This document shows, in pieces, positions 1-8,329 of a DNA stretch of 52,912 nucleotides (positions are counted from its first letter, which is position 1; every line of letters starts with the position of its first letter). The stretch is from a candidate division WWE3 bacterium CSP1-7. GTDB lineage: Bacteria; Patescibacteriota; WWE3; 9FT-COMBO-53-11. The stretch is from the NCBI GenBank assembly GCA_001443395.1, contig LDXK01000003.1:33182-86093 (forward strand), written 5' to 3'. Made by a program: the position numbers and the translations under genes. The notes beneath the pieces were generated by a model. That model was not told the origin of the DNA, made no database searches, and saw only the letters and a program-made list of their open reading frames with translations.

Positions 1-1
1 G

Positions 2-178
2 GAGGGAGCGGATGTGAGAGGCTACTTCCACTGGTCCCTGTTGGACAACTTTGAGTGGGCGAAGGGATTTGAGCCGCGCTTCGGGCTGGTCGAGGTCGAT
101 TACGAGACAATGGAGCGAAAGGTTCGGTCTTCGGCTAAAGTCTACGCCCGAATTGCCAAGCAGAACGGCCTCGATTGA
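2..178 (+). CDS. Glycoside hydrolase family 1 beta-glucosidase, C-terminal fragment (gene begins left of window)
   Basis: Frame 2 reads ...[45 protein letters not shown]...*; WSLxDNFEW and RFGLxxVD are conserved GH1 C-terminal motifs; TGA at 176-178. Confidence 0.8.
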   Translation, partial: EGADVRGYFHWSLLDNFEWAKGFEPRFGLVEVDYETMERKVRSSAKVYARIAKQNGLD

Positions 179-232
179 CTATCGAAGGTCCCCGGCCTAA
201 AATACGCATAGAGAAGAGAGGAGGATGCGAGG

Positions 233-628
233 GTGGAAACCCATCCGGCGAGTCAGATCATTCTGTACGCGAAGGGTCGTTTCAATGAAGAGGGCGATTT
301 GATGGAAGATCTCCGGGTGCTGGTGGGCGATTACGTAGGGATTCCCCCCGGACACGTTTCGGTCAGGGATATTCTCGTGGTTCTCAGTGACATCACCATC
401 CCGTTTCTTCTGGCCGATCCCAGTTCCAAATGGCGGTTGTCCGAGCTTCTTCTTTCCCTGGCGGAAGAGGGCTTGCCAGTGCGCCGTACCACTCCTTCGG
501 AGCTCGTCGCCCGAAAGCTTCTGGGAATTCTGCGAGGAGTGAAGGTGCGCGACATGGGGAACGTGCTCGTCAACCTGGCCGATCCGAACCCCGATCTTCT
601 ACCGGTGCGGGCGATTTGTTCTGCTTAA
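233..628 (+). CDS. Hypothetical protein (131 aa)
   Basis: GTG-start ORF followed directly by a hairpin plus T-run terminator; no family recognised. Confidence 0.5.
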   Translation: METHPASQIILYAKGRFNEEGDLMEDLRVLVGDYVGIPPGHVSVRDILVVLSDITIPFLLADPSSKWRLSELLLSLAEEGLPVRRTTPSELVARKLLGILRGVKVRDMGNVLVNLADPNPDLLPVRAICSA

Positions 629-660
629 CCGAGACCCTAAAAGTCTCGGTTTTTTGTTTT
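629..660 (+). terminator. Rho-independent terminator
   Basis: Stem CCGAGAC (629-635) / GTCTCGG (643-649), 7-nt loop, then TTTTTTGTTTT. Confidence 0.8.
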
Positions 661-673
661 GAAGGTCTTCGGA

Positions 674-679
674 TATAAT
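674..679 (+). promoter_or_regulatory. -10 box (TATAAT) of the tRNA-Asn promoter
   Basis: Perfect TATAAT 8 nt upstream of the duplicated tRNA 5' segment at 688; -35 region is T-rich and weak. Confidence 0.4.
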
Positions 680-687
680 TAAGCTGA

Positions 688-705
688 TCCCCGGTAGCTC
701 AGTGG
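688..705 (+). repeat. 18-nt exact duplicate of the 5' end of tRNA-Asn (acceptor 5' strand plus D arm start)
   Basis: TCCCCGGTAGCTCAGTGG at 688-705 is identical to 769-786; no T arm or 3' acceptor follows the first copy. Confidence 0.9.
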
Positions 706-768
706 GACGCGACACTCGTTCGTCGCTAGCCGCTGACCTTCCGGGTAACTTCGGAAAGGTTCCCTCGT

Positions 769-843
769 TCCCCGGTAGCTCAGTGGTAGAGCGCGCGCCT
801 GTTAAGCGCTAGGTCGAAGGTTCGAATCCTTCCCGGGGAGCCA
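769..843 (+). tRNA. tRNA-Asn (anticodon GTT), CCA encoded
   Basis: Cloverleaf by hand: acceptor TCCCCGG/CCGGGGA, D stem GCTC/GAGC, anticodon loop CTGTTAA, T arm GAAGG-TTCGAAT-CCTTC, discriminator G, CCA. Confidence 0.9.
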
Positions 844-920
844 CACTTTTACTACTTCTGTTGTTAAGATTGTTTTGTGAAAATTATCCGTAAAATCGAA
901 GTGCAGCACGCAGCTCGCTC

Positions 921-1799
921 TTAGGTTCTTTTAGCAACTTCTCCCCAATCTTTTTCAGCTTCTGCTTCTTTAACAACATCGATTACCTTATCGAACTCTC
1001 TTCCAACTTGAGCTACTTTGTTAGGCATCGTTTTAACGATCGCGCCTAATGCGTCGTCGAATTTTTCCGCCCGTTCCCTCAGTTTTGCACTCCTATCTTT
1101 ATCGGGGTGTATATCCGGAAAAATAACAAACAACAACTTTATGTATGCCCAGATCAGGAATGTTAGCTGGTTTATAGGGATGGAAAGGTATCTCTCGTCG
1201 GATTCAAACCGTAAGCCGATTGGGCTGTGTTTCCCGGTCTCGCGCAAGTCTTTTATGATTTTGGTTATGTAGAGCTTGCCGTGAGATGCTGCTGATTGTA
1301 TCCCGTAAAGAAAGTCCCAATCAACTCTTAGCTCGTCCTTTACGAAGTTGGTTAAATTAAACTCCCTCTTCCCTTTCTCAGGTTTGGCGTATGTTGCAAA
1401 AGCGTCCTCGTCTCGTGGGTAGCAGGAGCAGTAGACTATTTTAATTAAAAGTTCGTATGCGGTGCGGGCGATTGTGGATGCCTCATCGTAAAACCCATCC
1501 AACGCGAGTGTAAAAGCCTTCCAGAGGGGATAGGTGGCTGCTCCGAAATAAATAGATTGCAGATTCCTCTTCCACGGCCATCCATTTTTAGGTAGATAGT
1601 TGATGGAATGCGTCGCTTCTATGAAAAATGAGTAAGCCTCCTCAAAATACTCAACAAATCCTTTAAAGTTGGTCACAACCCACCGTGTGTGAAGTTTTTC
1701 AGCATCATAGATAGCACCTATTCTCCTAGTAGAATCTTTGCTGTAAGCTTTCTCTAGCTTCCTGAATATTTCGGCATCACTGATACCTTGCTCTGGCAT
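921..1799 (-). CDS. Hypothetical protein (292 aa), mostly helical, in an AT-richer islet
   Basis: Long ORF; composition visibly more AT-rich than neighbours; TTGACA-like -35 box upstream on the minus strand inside the 1864-1910 repeat; no family recognised. Confidence 0.6.
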   Translation of the reverse strand: MPEQGISDAEIFRKLEKAYSKDSTRRIGAIYDAEKLHTRWVVTNFKGFVEYFEEAYSFFIEATHSINYLPKNGWPWKRNLQSIYFGAATYPLWKAFTLALDGFYDEASTIARTAYELLIKIVYCSCYPRDEDAFATYAKPEKGKREFNLTNFVKDELRVDWDFLYGIQSAASHGKLYITKIIKDLRETGKHSPIGLRFESDERYLSIPINQLTFLIWAYIKLLFVIFPDIHPDKDRSAKLRERAEKFDDALGAIVKTMPNKVAQVGREFDKVIDVVKEAEAEKDWGEVAKRT

Positions 1800-1863
1800 A
1801 CCTAATTTTAACAGTCAAAAGTCGGCACCGGAATTAAGCAAGGGCTTTACTGGTTCAAGGTCT

Positions 1864-1910
1864 GGTAAGCTAATCTCAGCTCTTCTAAATGTGTCAAGCA
1901 AGGGGAACCA
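1864..1910 (+). repeat. Intergenic repeat, copy 1 (pairs with 3767-3813)
   Basis: 40 of 47 positions identical, ungapped, to 3767-3813 (GGTAAGCT.AT.TC.GCTCTTCTAAA.G.GTC.AGCAAGGGGA.CCA). Confidence 0.8.
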
Positions 1911-1932
1911 TTCGGTTTCCTAACGTCAGTAG

Positions 1933-2325
1933 ATGCCAGATCTCACAAAGTTCCAAAAATTAATGCTTTTAAACGCTCACCCCATCAAACAGTTACTTAA
2001 TTATTTGGGGGCTGCTATTGGACTTTATTTTTTGTGGCTACACAATTGGTCCTCTGCCCTAATTTTCGGTTTTGGGGTTGTTCTTTTGGGATCGCTGATA
2101 GCAAAGTTTATCGGCAAATACGACCCGGTTGAAACCGCCAAAACTTGGTGGGGAAAAGCATTTTTGCACTACGCCTCTCCTTTGGGATTTACGCTCTACT
2201 TGATCAGCCACATCCTAGTCCCGGTCGCTTTTTGGTTCCATAGTTTGTATCTCGCTCTAATTGGAGTGGGAATATTGCTTGTTGGTTACTTCTTTCCGCC
2301 CCAACAATTTTCCAGAAAGTTATAA
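1933..2325 (+). CDS. Small integral membrane protein (130 aa, about 4 TM segments)
   Basis: ORF with four hydrophobic stretches; AT-richer composition; no family recognised. Confidence 0.55.
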   Translation: MPDLTKFQKLMLLNAHPIKQLLNYLGAAIGLYFLWLHNWSSALIFGFGVVLLGSLIAKFIGKYDPVETAKTWWGKAFLHYASPLGFTLYLISHILVPVAFWFHSLYLALIGVGILLVGYFFPPQQFSRKL

Positions 2326-2338
2326 CACCTACCATTAA

Positions 2339-2587
2339 ATGAAGTCCTCCAAAGTTACACATCGGATAAACGCAAAAGCAGTTGAGTTGCTCGACCAGCA
2401 CCCGGAAGGTCTGCGTTGGTCAGAACTGCTCTCAAAAATTAAGGCGTCAGATCCAACCTTTCATCCGAAAACGGTCAACGGGTGCGTCTGGAAACTTGTC
2501 GAAAAATATCCTGACAAGGTTTACAAACCAGCTAAAGGGCTTTTCCGTTTACTGAAATATAAATCCGCCGAAGCGGGCAAACCCTAA
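2339..2587 (+). CDS. Small hypothetical protein (82 aa), possibly winged-helix-like
   Basis: ORF 14 nt after the previous gene; basic helical sequence; weak hairpin plus T6 downstream (about 2626-2646). Confidence 0.45.
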   Translation: MKSSKVTHRINAKAVELLDQHPEGLRWSELLSKIKASDPTFHPKTVNGCVWKLVEKYPDKVYKPAKGLFRLLKYKSAEAGKP

Positions 2588-2659
2588 CAAAAACCAACCA
2601 TCCCCGCAGGCAAGATCGAGGAGGGTAGCCGCTTGGCTGTTTTTTGTTAACATCTTTGT

Positions 2660-3736
2660 ATGCGTAAGCGTCTTTTTCTGGGATTAATCTTGGCTGTGGC
2701 GGTTTTAGGTGTGGTTGGCTTTGCCGTGTACAGGATTTATCAAGCTAAGAGTGCGCCGGAACAGTTCTCATCGCCTCCAAAGCTAGAAAAGGTTACCGAG
2801 AATACAGTAGCAGCGGCTAGTTTATGGTTGTTCGCCGTTGACGACGGCACCCCGCAATTAGCTGTTTCGGCGGGACAGAACCAAGAAGTCGTACTTGGCC
2901 GGTTTGACCCCGATAATCCTACTCAATCGATCGATTGGAGAGTGGCAATAAGTAGGGCGGATGCCGGCGGCAAGGGCGTGGCGGACCATTGGCATATCTT
3001 TGCCCACGACCTGCACTGGGTAGCTTTCTCCACCCCCGGAGACCAAGAAAGCTACCTGGCGACTTTTGATAAAAACTTCAACCGGACAAACCTAGTTGCT
3101 ATTGAAAATACCGCCAACATTCCTACCAATGATATGTTTTTGGTAGCGGAAAAAGACGGCGTGGCAGTGGGGCATTTTCTTCCAGGTACCGGACATAAGA
3201 TATTCCGGTTCGACAAGGATGCCAAGCTAAAAGGAACGGTGGATGTCGGGGGAGGACAGTATGCTCACACCAACGGTTCTTCGGCTGAAATGACGGAAAC
3301 CGGTTTTATCATCTTTGCTACCGAAACCCTAGCCCCCGACATGGAAGGCGGGGTTAAAAAAATCGTAACGGACCTAAATTGGAAACCCTTGAATGCGGTG
3401 AGTTTGCTGCAAGAAGATGGTAAGAACATCGTTATGGCAACTTCCGTACTCCTTGAAAACGGATACAGGGTTATCAACGCCCGGGTAAGGGATGATGCAA
3501 AGACTTTCGACCCTACTAGCCCGCCGGAAGCCCCCGCGCCGGGGCAGTCCCTGCTGGACGATGCGGGAGCCATCGTGCGCTACATCATTTCGCCGGGCGA
3601 CAAAGTAGTGTCCCAAGAGACCCTGGACGCCCAGGGGGCCAACCGGCCGCACACCCTGTTAGCCGGCGACCTGCTGATCACGACCTGGGACAGCAAGAGC
3701 GGGGTTAAACTGCGAATTGACAGAGTTTCATTCTAG
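2660..3736 (+). CDS. Membrane-anchored/secreted hypothetical protein (358 aa)
   Basis: N-terminal hydrophobic signal-anchor (LFLGLILAVAVLGVVGFAVY); no family recognised. Confidence 0.6.
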   Translation: MRKRLFLGLILAVAVLGVVGFAVYRIYQAKSAPEQFSSPPKLEKVTENTVAAASLWLFAVDDGTPQLAVSAGQNQEVVLGRFDPDNPTQSIDWRVAISRADAGGKGVADHWHIFAHDLHWVAFSTPGDQESYLATFDKNFNRTNLVAIENTANIPTNDMFLVAEKDGVAVGHFLPGTGHKIFRFDKDAKLKGTVDVGGGQYAHTNGSSAEMTETGFIIFATETLAPDMEGGVKKIVTDLNWKPLNAVSLLQEDGKNIVMATSVLLENGYRVINARVRDDAKTFDPTSPPEAPAPGQSLLDDAGAIVRYIISPGDKVVSQETLDAQGANRPHTLLAGDLLITTWDSKSGVKLRIDRVSF

Positions 3737-3766
3737 TCCCGGAGCTAACTGTGATGGCTGCAACCC

Positions 3767-3813
3767 GGTAAGCTTATTTCGGCTCTTCTAAACGCGTCCA
3801 GCAAGGGGAGCCA
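3767..3813 (+). repeat. Intergenic repeat, copy 2 (pairs with 1864-1910)
   Basis: See copy 1; weaker similarity also extends about 30 nt upstream (CCGGA.(T/C)TAA). Confidence 0.8.
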
Positions 3814-3862
3814 ATTTTGTTACGTTGAATAAGACCTAATTGAAAAAGGAGGTGGATAGACT

Positions 3863-4228
3863 ATGACAAGCACTACCAAGAAAGCCGTGAAGAGGGTGGA
3901 CGGAGAAAGCGCCGTGATCGCGAACATCGCCGCGATGTCGGGACAGGACCGAGCCATTGGCGAGCGGCTCCATACTATCATCAAAGCCAGCGCGCCAGTC
4001 CTCTCGCCGAAGCTCTGGTACGGGATGCCCGCGTATGCTAAGGACGGCAAGGTCGTCTGCTTCTTCCAAAGCGCGCAGAAGTTCAAAACGAGGTACGCGA
4101 CGTTCGGCTTCATGCACGAGGCGAACCTCGACGAGGGCGCCATGTGGCCGACCGCCTTCGCGCTGAAGGAGTTGACCGCTGCCGAAGAGGCAAGGATCAG
4201 TGCGCTCATGAAGAAAGCGGCGAGCTGA
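3863..4228 (+). CDS. DUF1801 (YdhG-like) domain protein
   Basis: 121 aa; strong RBS AAAGGAGGTGG; sequence ...[33 protein letters not shown]... typical of the DUF1801/YdhG family. Confidence 0.7.
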   Translation: MTSTTKKAVKRVDGESAVIANIAAMSGQDRAIGERLHTIIKASAPVLSPKLWYGMPAYAKDGKVVCFFQSAQKFKTRYATFGFMHEANLDEGAMWPTAFALKELTAAEEARISALMKKAAS

Positions 4229-4283
4229 GGGTCTAGATTTTGCCCAGGGCCAATTCCCACTTTTTAGCGTAAGATTAGAAGGG

Positions 4284-6203
4284 ATGAAAGCAAACCTTCG
4301 AACTCTATCGATCCTATTTCTAGCGGGGGCGGTGCTCTCGACACTTGTCGCCATCGCCGTTTCTAAAAACGGGACTTCCACGCCCATCAGGCGGGATGAA
4401 CAGACCCTCTTGGACCGATCAGCGAAAACCACCACCCTGACTCTTGGGGAAGGAGATACCGAGAAGGTTTGGGAATCCCCGACTTTTAAAGCGAAATACC
4501 TTTTTAATGCCATTGCCCCTCAGTGGGAGGAAGAAGAACTTGGGAGCGGGCAAACAAAAAACCGCCAGGTTTATCTCCGCACCTCTCGGGATGGGAAAAC
4601 CTGGAGCGAGTGGATGGATGTTGGGGAGGTGGGGCCGCTGCGCGACGACGACCCCCAACCCCGGACGATGCTTCCCGAGTTCCCCCTGCTTGCGGAGGGC
4701 AAATTTTTCCAGTATCGGGTGGTTCTAAAGAGAGACAAACTCTCCGATCCCGCCCCAAAAATATCCGGACTCAAGGTTACCTACATCGACTCCCACACCC
4801 CTCTCCTAACGGCGCTTTTGGACAAGCTGCGGCCGGAGGTGACAACCAGCGCCAGACAGGAACCGGTCGTTATCAGTCGTGCCAAATGGGGAAATCCCGA
4901 TCCCTACGGCCAGCGCTTCCGAGGCACCAGCCGGTGGTGGGCACCCACGTACGCGCCTGTAAAGCAGATCTTCGTTCACCACACCGTCTTTAACAGTAGT
5001 GACTCGGCGGCCGCGGTCCGCGCCGTTTGGGAGTACCACACTTATACCAGGGGGTGGGGGGATATCGGCTACAACTATCTGATCGACCGAAGGGGCGTTA
5101 TCTACGAGGGGCGGGCCGGCGGGGACAACGTTGTGGCCGGTCACACCTACACCTACAACCGCCGTTCCCTAGGGGTAGCATTTCTGGGGTGTTTTCAGAG
5201 CACGAGTAGCGCCTGTGCGGGGGCCCCACCGCCTACGGCGGCGATGATCGGCAGCCTGACCACGCTGCTGGCCTGGAAGTCCACCAGCTATGAGATCAAC
5301 CCCAACACCACTCAGACATTCTGTGGCTTAAAGTCCTGCCTGAAGCTCTGGACCGTGTCCGGACACAGAGACGCTAATCCCACCGCTTGTCCCGGGAATC
5401 TGGTTTATAACCAGCTAGGAGCGATTAGGCGGCAGACCCGCGACAAGAAAAACACCTGGCAGTATTCTGCCAAACAGCTCGACTTTGGGGCCGTCAGTTT
5501 TGGCGACTACGGTTTGGATAAGCCCGTCACCATCCGGTTCAAAAATACGGGAATAGCCGCCTGGAGCAGCACGGCAAATCGAATGCTTTTAAAACTCGCC
5601 AATCCTAGCACCCGCACCAGCATCTTCCAAGGGACCGGTTGGCTGGATGCCCAAACCCCCGCGGTTCTTAACGAGGCCAGCGTCGCTCCCGGGGAAACCG
5701 GAAGCTTCACTTTCAACCTTCAAAGCCCGCTTAATTCCGTCGGTTACTACTTCGAGAGCTTCAGCCTTGCGTTGGAGGGTGGCGCGGCCCTCTCTCCGGT
5801 TTTCAGCGTGGTTGTTCTGCCGCCCTCCTACAAGTGGAAATTCCTGGGGGTTTCCTACAGCGTGGGCAGCAATTCCATGGGCCCGGGAGAAAAAAAGACG
5901 GTCACCCTCTCGGCTAAGAACGTGGGAACGGCCACCTGGGTTCGCGATGGTTCCCACCCGGTGCAGCTGAGAACGTGGAAGTCGGGGCGCCGGAGTTCCT
6001 TCTACGATGTCAGCTGGCTCAGCCCCACCCGGTTGGGGCCCTTGGACCAAGCCTCTGTCGCCCCCGGAGAGATCGGAACATTTACTTTTACAATCACCTC
6101 TCCCTCAGGAGAAGGGCGGTACGATGAGCGCGTCAACCTAGCGGCGGCGGGATTAACCTGGCTAAACGACGCCGGTGCGAAGTTCACCATCTACGTTCGC
6201 TGA
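4284..6203 (+). CDS. Secreted N-acetylmuramoyl-L-alanine amidase (Amidase_2/PGRP domain) with two C-terminal Ig-like (NBR1-like) repeats
   Basis: Signal anchor. Amidase_2 motifs: VHHTV, GWGDIGYNYLIDRRGVIYEGR, GHRD..TACPG. Two internal repeats end in ASVAPGE(T/I)G(S/T)FTF. Confidence 0.8.
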   Translation: MKANLRTLSILFLAGAVLSTLVAIAVSKNGTSTPIRRDEQTLLDRSAKTTTLTLGEGDTEKVWESPTFKAKYLFNAIAPQWEEEELGSGQTKNRQVYLRTSRDGKTWSEWMDVGEVGPLRDDDPQPRTMLPEFPLLAEGKFFQYRVVLKRDKLSDPAPKISGLKVTYIDSHTPLLTALLDKLRPEVTTSARQEPVVISRAKWGNPDPYGQRFRGTSRWWAPTYAPVKQIFVHHTVFNSSDSAAAVRAVWEYHTYTRGWGDIGYNYLIDRRGVIYEGRAGGDNVVAGHTYTYNRRSLGVAFLGCFQSTSSACAGAPPPTAAMIGSLTTLLAWKSTSYEINPNTTQTFCGLKSCLKLWTVSGHRDANPTACPGNLVYNQLGAIRRQTRDKKNTWQYSAKQLDFGAVSFGDYGLDKPVTIRFKNTGIAAWSSTANRMLLKLANPSTRTSIFQGTGWLDAQTPAVLNEASVAPGETGSFTFNLQSPLNSVGYYFESFSLALEGGAALSPVFSVVVLPPSYKWKFLGVSYSVGSNSMGPGEKKTVTLSAKNVGTATWVRDGSHPVQLRTWKSGRRSSFYDVSWLSPTRLGPLDQASVAPGEIGTFTFTITSPSGEGRYDERVNLAAAGLTWLNDAGAKFTIYVR

Positions 6204-6218
6204 TGATATTTCTGATTA

Positions 6219-6737
6219 TTACTGTCGGAGCAGATTGATCGGGGCGGTGAGTTGGTAGGAAGCCCCTTGAAATTGGTGCGTCCCGGCCTTGTTAATCGTG
6301 ATTGTATCGGTGGTGAAAGAGCCCAAAAACACACCGAGACCGGTAAGGAATTGGCCAAAGTTTACTTTGGTGAGGCGGGAGCCGCTAATGACGGCGGTGG
6401 CGGTGACCGGCTTAGACCAGCCTAAATCGGGGTCGAAGCAACCGCTGGGGGTGTCCTTCTTGAAATTGTACGACAGCGTTCCTGAAATTTTGGTTTCGGT
6501 TTGGGTTTTGACGATCAATTTCACAAGATGTTGGACGGCGCACTCGCCGTTTACCGTGTAGCTCGCCGTTCCTTGCCAGGTGCCAACCAAGTCCCGAGCC
6601 GGTGTCAGCTCCGCGTCCTCAGGCGGCGGGGTCTCTTCTTTTCTTAGATTCATAAAGACAACTACCCCGATGATTATCGCCGGTATAACGACAGCTACGA
6701 AGACGATTGGTTTGATCATAACGCCGAACAATTTCAT
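6219..6737 (-). CDS. Membrane-anchored hypothetical protein, paralog of 46663-47259
   Basis: N-terminal TM. Shares LTPARDL(V/T)GTW, (I/V)SGSRL and G(S/N)FTTD with the 198-aa ORF at 46663. Confidence 0.6.
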   Translation of the reverse strand: MKLFGVMIKPIVFVAVVIPAIIIGVVVFMNLRKEETPPPEDAELTPARDLVGTWQGTASYTVNGECAVQHLVKLIVKTQTETKISGTLSYNFKKDTPSGCFDPDLGWSKPVTATAVISGSRLTKVNFGQFLTGLGVFLGSFTTDTITINKAGTHQFQGASYQLTAPINLLRQ

Positions 6738-6766
6738 TTCTTGAGAATAGCAAATATCTTGGGGTT

Positions 6767-6809
6767 AAAAAATAAAAAAGGGGTGGAACCTTGGAAAGAT
6801 TCCACCCTT
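6767..6809 (-). terminator. Rho-independent terminator of 6820-7026
   Basis: Stem GGGTGGAA (6781-6788) / TTCCACCC (6800-6807); on the minus strand followed by TTTTTTATTTTTT. Confidence 0.75.
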
Positions 6810-6819
6810 GGGTCCCTCG

Positions 6820-7026
6820 CTAGGCCTTGACGCTTCGCCAAAAGCCGAGGGCGCACACGGTCAGGAGGGCGGCGAGTGCCAGAAACGCGCCAAATCCTCT
6901 CCAGGCCCACACGAGATCCTGGATCGAGGAGACCACGACCGGTCCGCCCGTTCCCAGGAGGGCGTTGATCTGGGTCATCGTATAGACGATGGCCGCCGCG
7001 GCAAGTAACAAAAGAAAGCTTCGCAT
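6820..7026 (-). CDS. Small membrane protein (68 aa, 2 TM)
   Basis: RBS AGGGAGA upstream, TAGAAT -10 box on the minus strand at 7058-7063, own terminator. Confidence 0.55.
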   Translation of the reverse strand: MRSFLLLLAAAAIVYTMTQINALLGTGGPVVVSSIQDLVWAWRGFGAFLALAALLTVCALGFWRSVKA

Positions 7027-7079
7027 CTCGTTCTCCCTTTGCTTGGTAGGATGCTTAATTCTATCGCCAACCCCGATTC

Positions 7080-7997
7080 ATGTCAACTATGGGATACACG
7101 ATAACTCCCCGCCCCTTTTTTGCTATATTTGAATCGATGACCCTCAAACCAGTGGTTCACTGGGTTAAAACCAACAAGCTTGCCGCGCTGGTAATCCTCG
7201 TTCTTTCCGTCCTACTCTATACAGTCTCAGGCGCTCCAAGTGGAAGTAATCCCGTCACAAACGGAATTGGCGGGGTTCCGGAATTGGGCGAGGGGGCGGT
7301 GAGCGACAAGGGCGGAACCGGCGCGAGCGGAGACCGAGTGGTGATCGAGGAGTCGGCCCTTTCGCTAGTGGTAAGCGATGTTTCCAAGACGGCCGACGAG
7401 GTCGTAAAATACGCCGAAAAAGAGGGCGGTTTTCTGGTTTCTTCCGAGATCACCTCACCTGAAGAATCGCCGGTGGCGACGGTAACGGTTCGGGTTCCGA
7501 GCGCGAAGCTGCGGACGGCGATCGAATACTATCGGAAGTTGGCGGTCAAGGTCTCTTCTGAGAGCCTCGTTGGTACCGACGTCACCGAAGAGTTCAAAGA
7601 CCTCAACGCCCGGATCGCCACGCTGGAGAAGACCATCGACCAGTTTGAATCGATCAAGGCGAGGGCGACCAAGATCGCCGACCTGGTTTCGATCACCAGC
7701 CAGATCATTAGTCTCCGAGAACAGATTGATGCGCTGAAGGGGACCAAGAAGTTCATCGAAGAATCGGCCGCTTTTCCCAAGATCACCGCTTCTCTTGCCA
7801 CTGATGAGTTTGCCCTTCCTTATCAGCCGCCGGAGGGTTTCCGTCCCGGGGTGATCTTCAGGCAGGCGGTCCGCGCGCTCCTTTCGGGGGTCTACGCCGT
7901 CGCTGGAGGTCTGATCTGGGTGGGAGTCTATGCGGTGGTGGTGGTTCCGGTTCTCGCCCTGATTTGGTATCTCCTCAAGCGGGCGAAAGTTATCTAA
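7080..7997 (+). CDS. DUF4349 domain membrane protein
   Basis: N-terminal TM, coiled-coil middle, C-terminal TMs; sequence pattern typical of DUF4349; true start may be a downstream ATG (7089 or 7137). Confidence 0.6.
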   Translation: MSTMGYTITPRPFFAIFESMTLKPVVHWVKTNKLAALVILVLSVLLYTVSGAPSGSNPVTNGIGGVPELGEGAVSDKGGTGASGDRVVIEESALSLVVSDVSKTADEVVKYAEKEGGFLVSSEITSPEESPVATVTVRVPSAKLRTAIEYYRKLAVKVSSESLVGTDVTEEFKDLNARIATLEKTIDQFESIKARATKIADLVSITSQIISLREQIDALKGTKKFIEESAAFPKITASLATDEFALPYQPPEGFRPGVIFRQAVRALLSGVYAVAGGLIWVGVYAVVVVPVLALIWYLLKRAKVI

Positions 7998-8013
7998 CGC
8001 CTGTCAGATTCAA

Positions 8014-8310
8014 CTATCTCCTTTTGAAAAAGAAGAGCAAGAACGCCGCTCCTAAGAGGACGCCGGCTATTTGAGTGGCGTTTGCCACGATGGGGTCCAG
8101 CAACGAGCGGATAAACTCCGATTCCACGCCGAAAGAATTGAGGAGGATGCTTATGGCCTGGGGGATAAAGTAGATGACAATCGCGACAAAAACGATTGTC
8201 AGGGGATTGAGAGCGTTGGCGAAGAACTGGTCTTTAAGGGATAATTTGCGGTTTTCGTTCTCGGCCGGTGCCACGGGGTAATCGTAGCTTTGTTGCCAGA
8301 AAGTAATCAA
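8014..8310 (-). CDS. Small membrane protein (98 aa)
   Basis: ORF with two hydrophobic segments; convergent with the previous gene. Confidence 0.45.
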   Translation of the reverse strand: MITFWQQSYDYPVAPAENENRKLSLKDQFFANALNPLTIVFVAIVIYFIPQAISILLNSFGVESEFIRSLLDPIVANATQIAGVLLGAAFLLFFFKRR

Positions 8311-8329
8311 GAGGATATATTAGATAGCG

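Noticed and set aside
4419-6190. Numerous 60-156-aa ORFs in other frames within the amidase gene
   Set aside because: All are nested in a 639-aa gene with clear Amidase_2 motifs. They are Arg/Gly/Pro-rich shadow frames.
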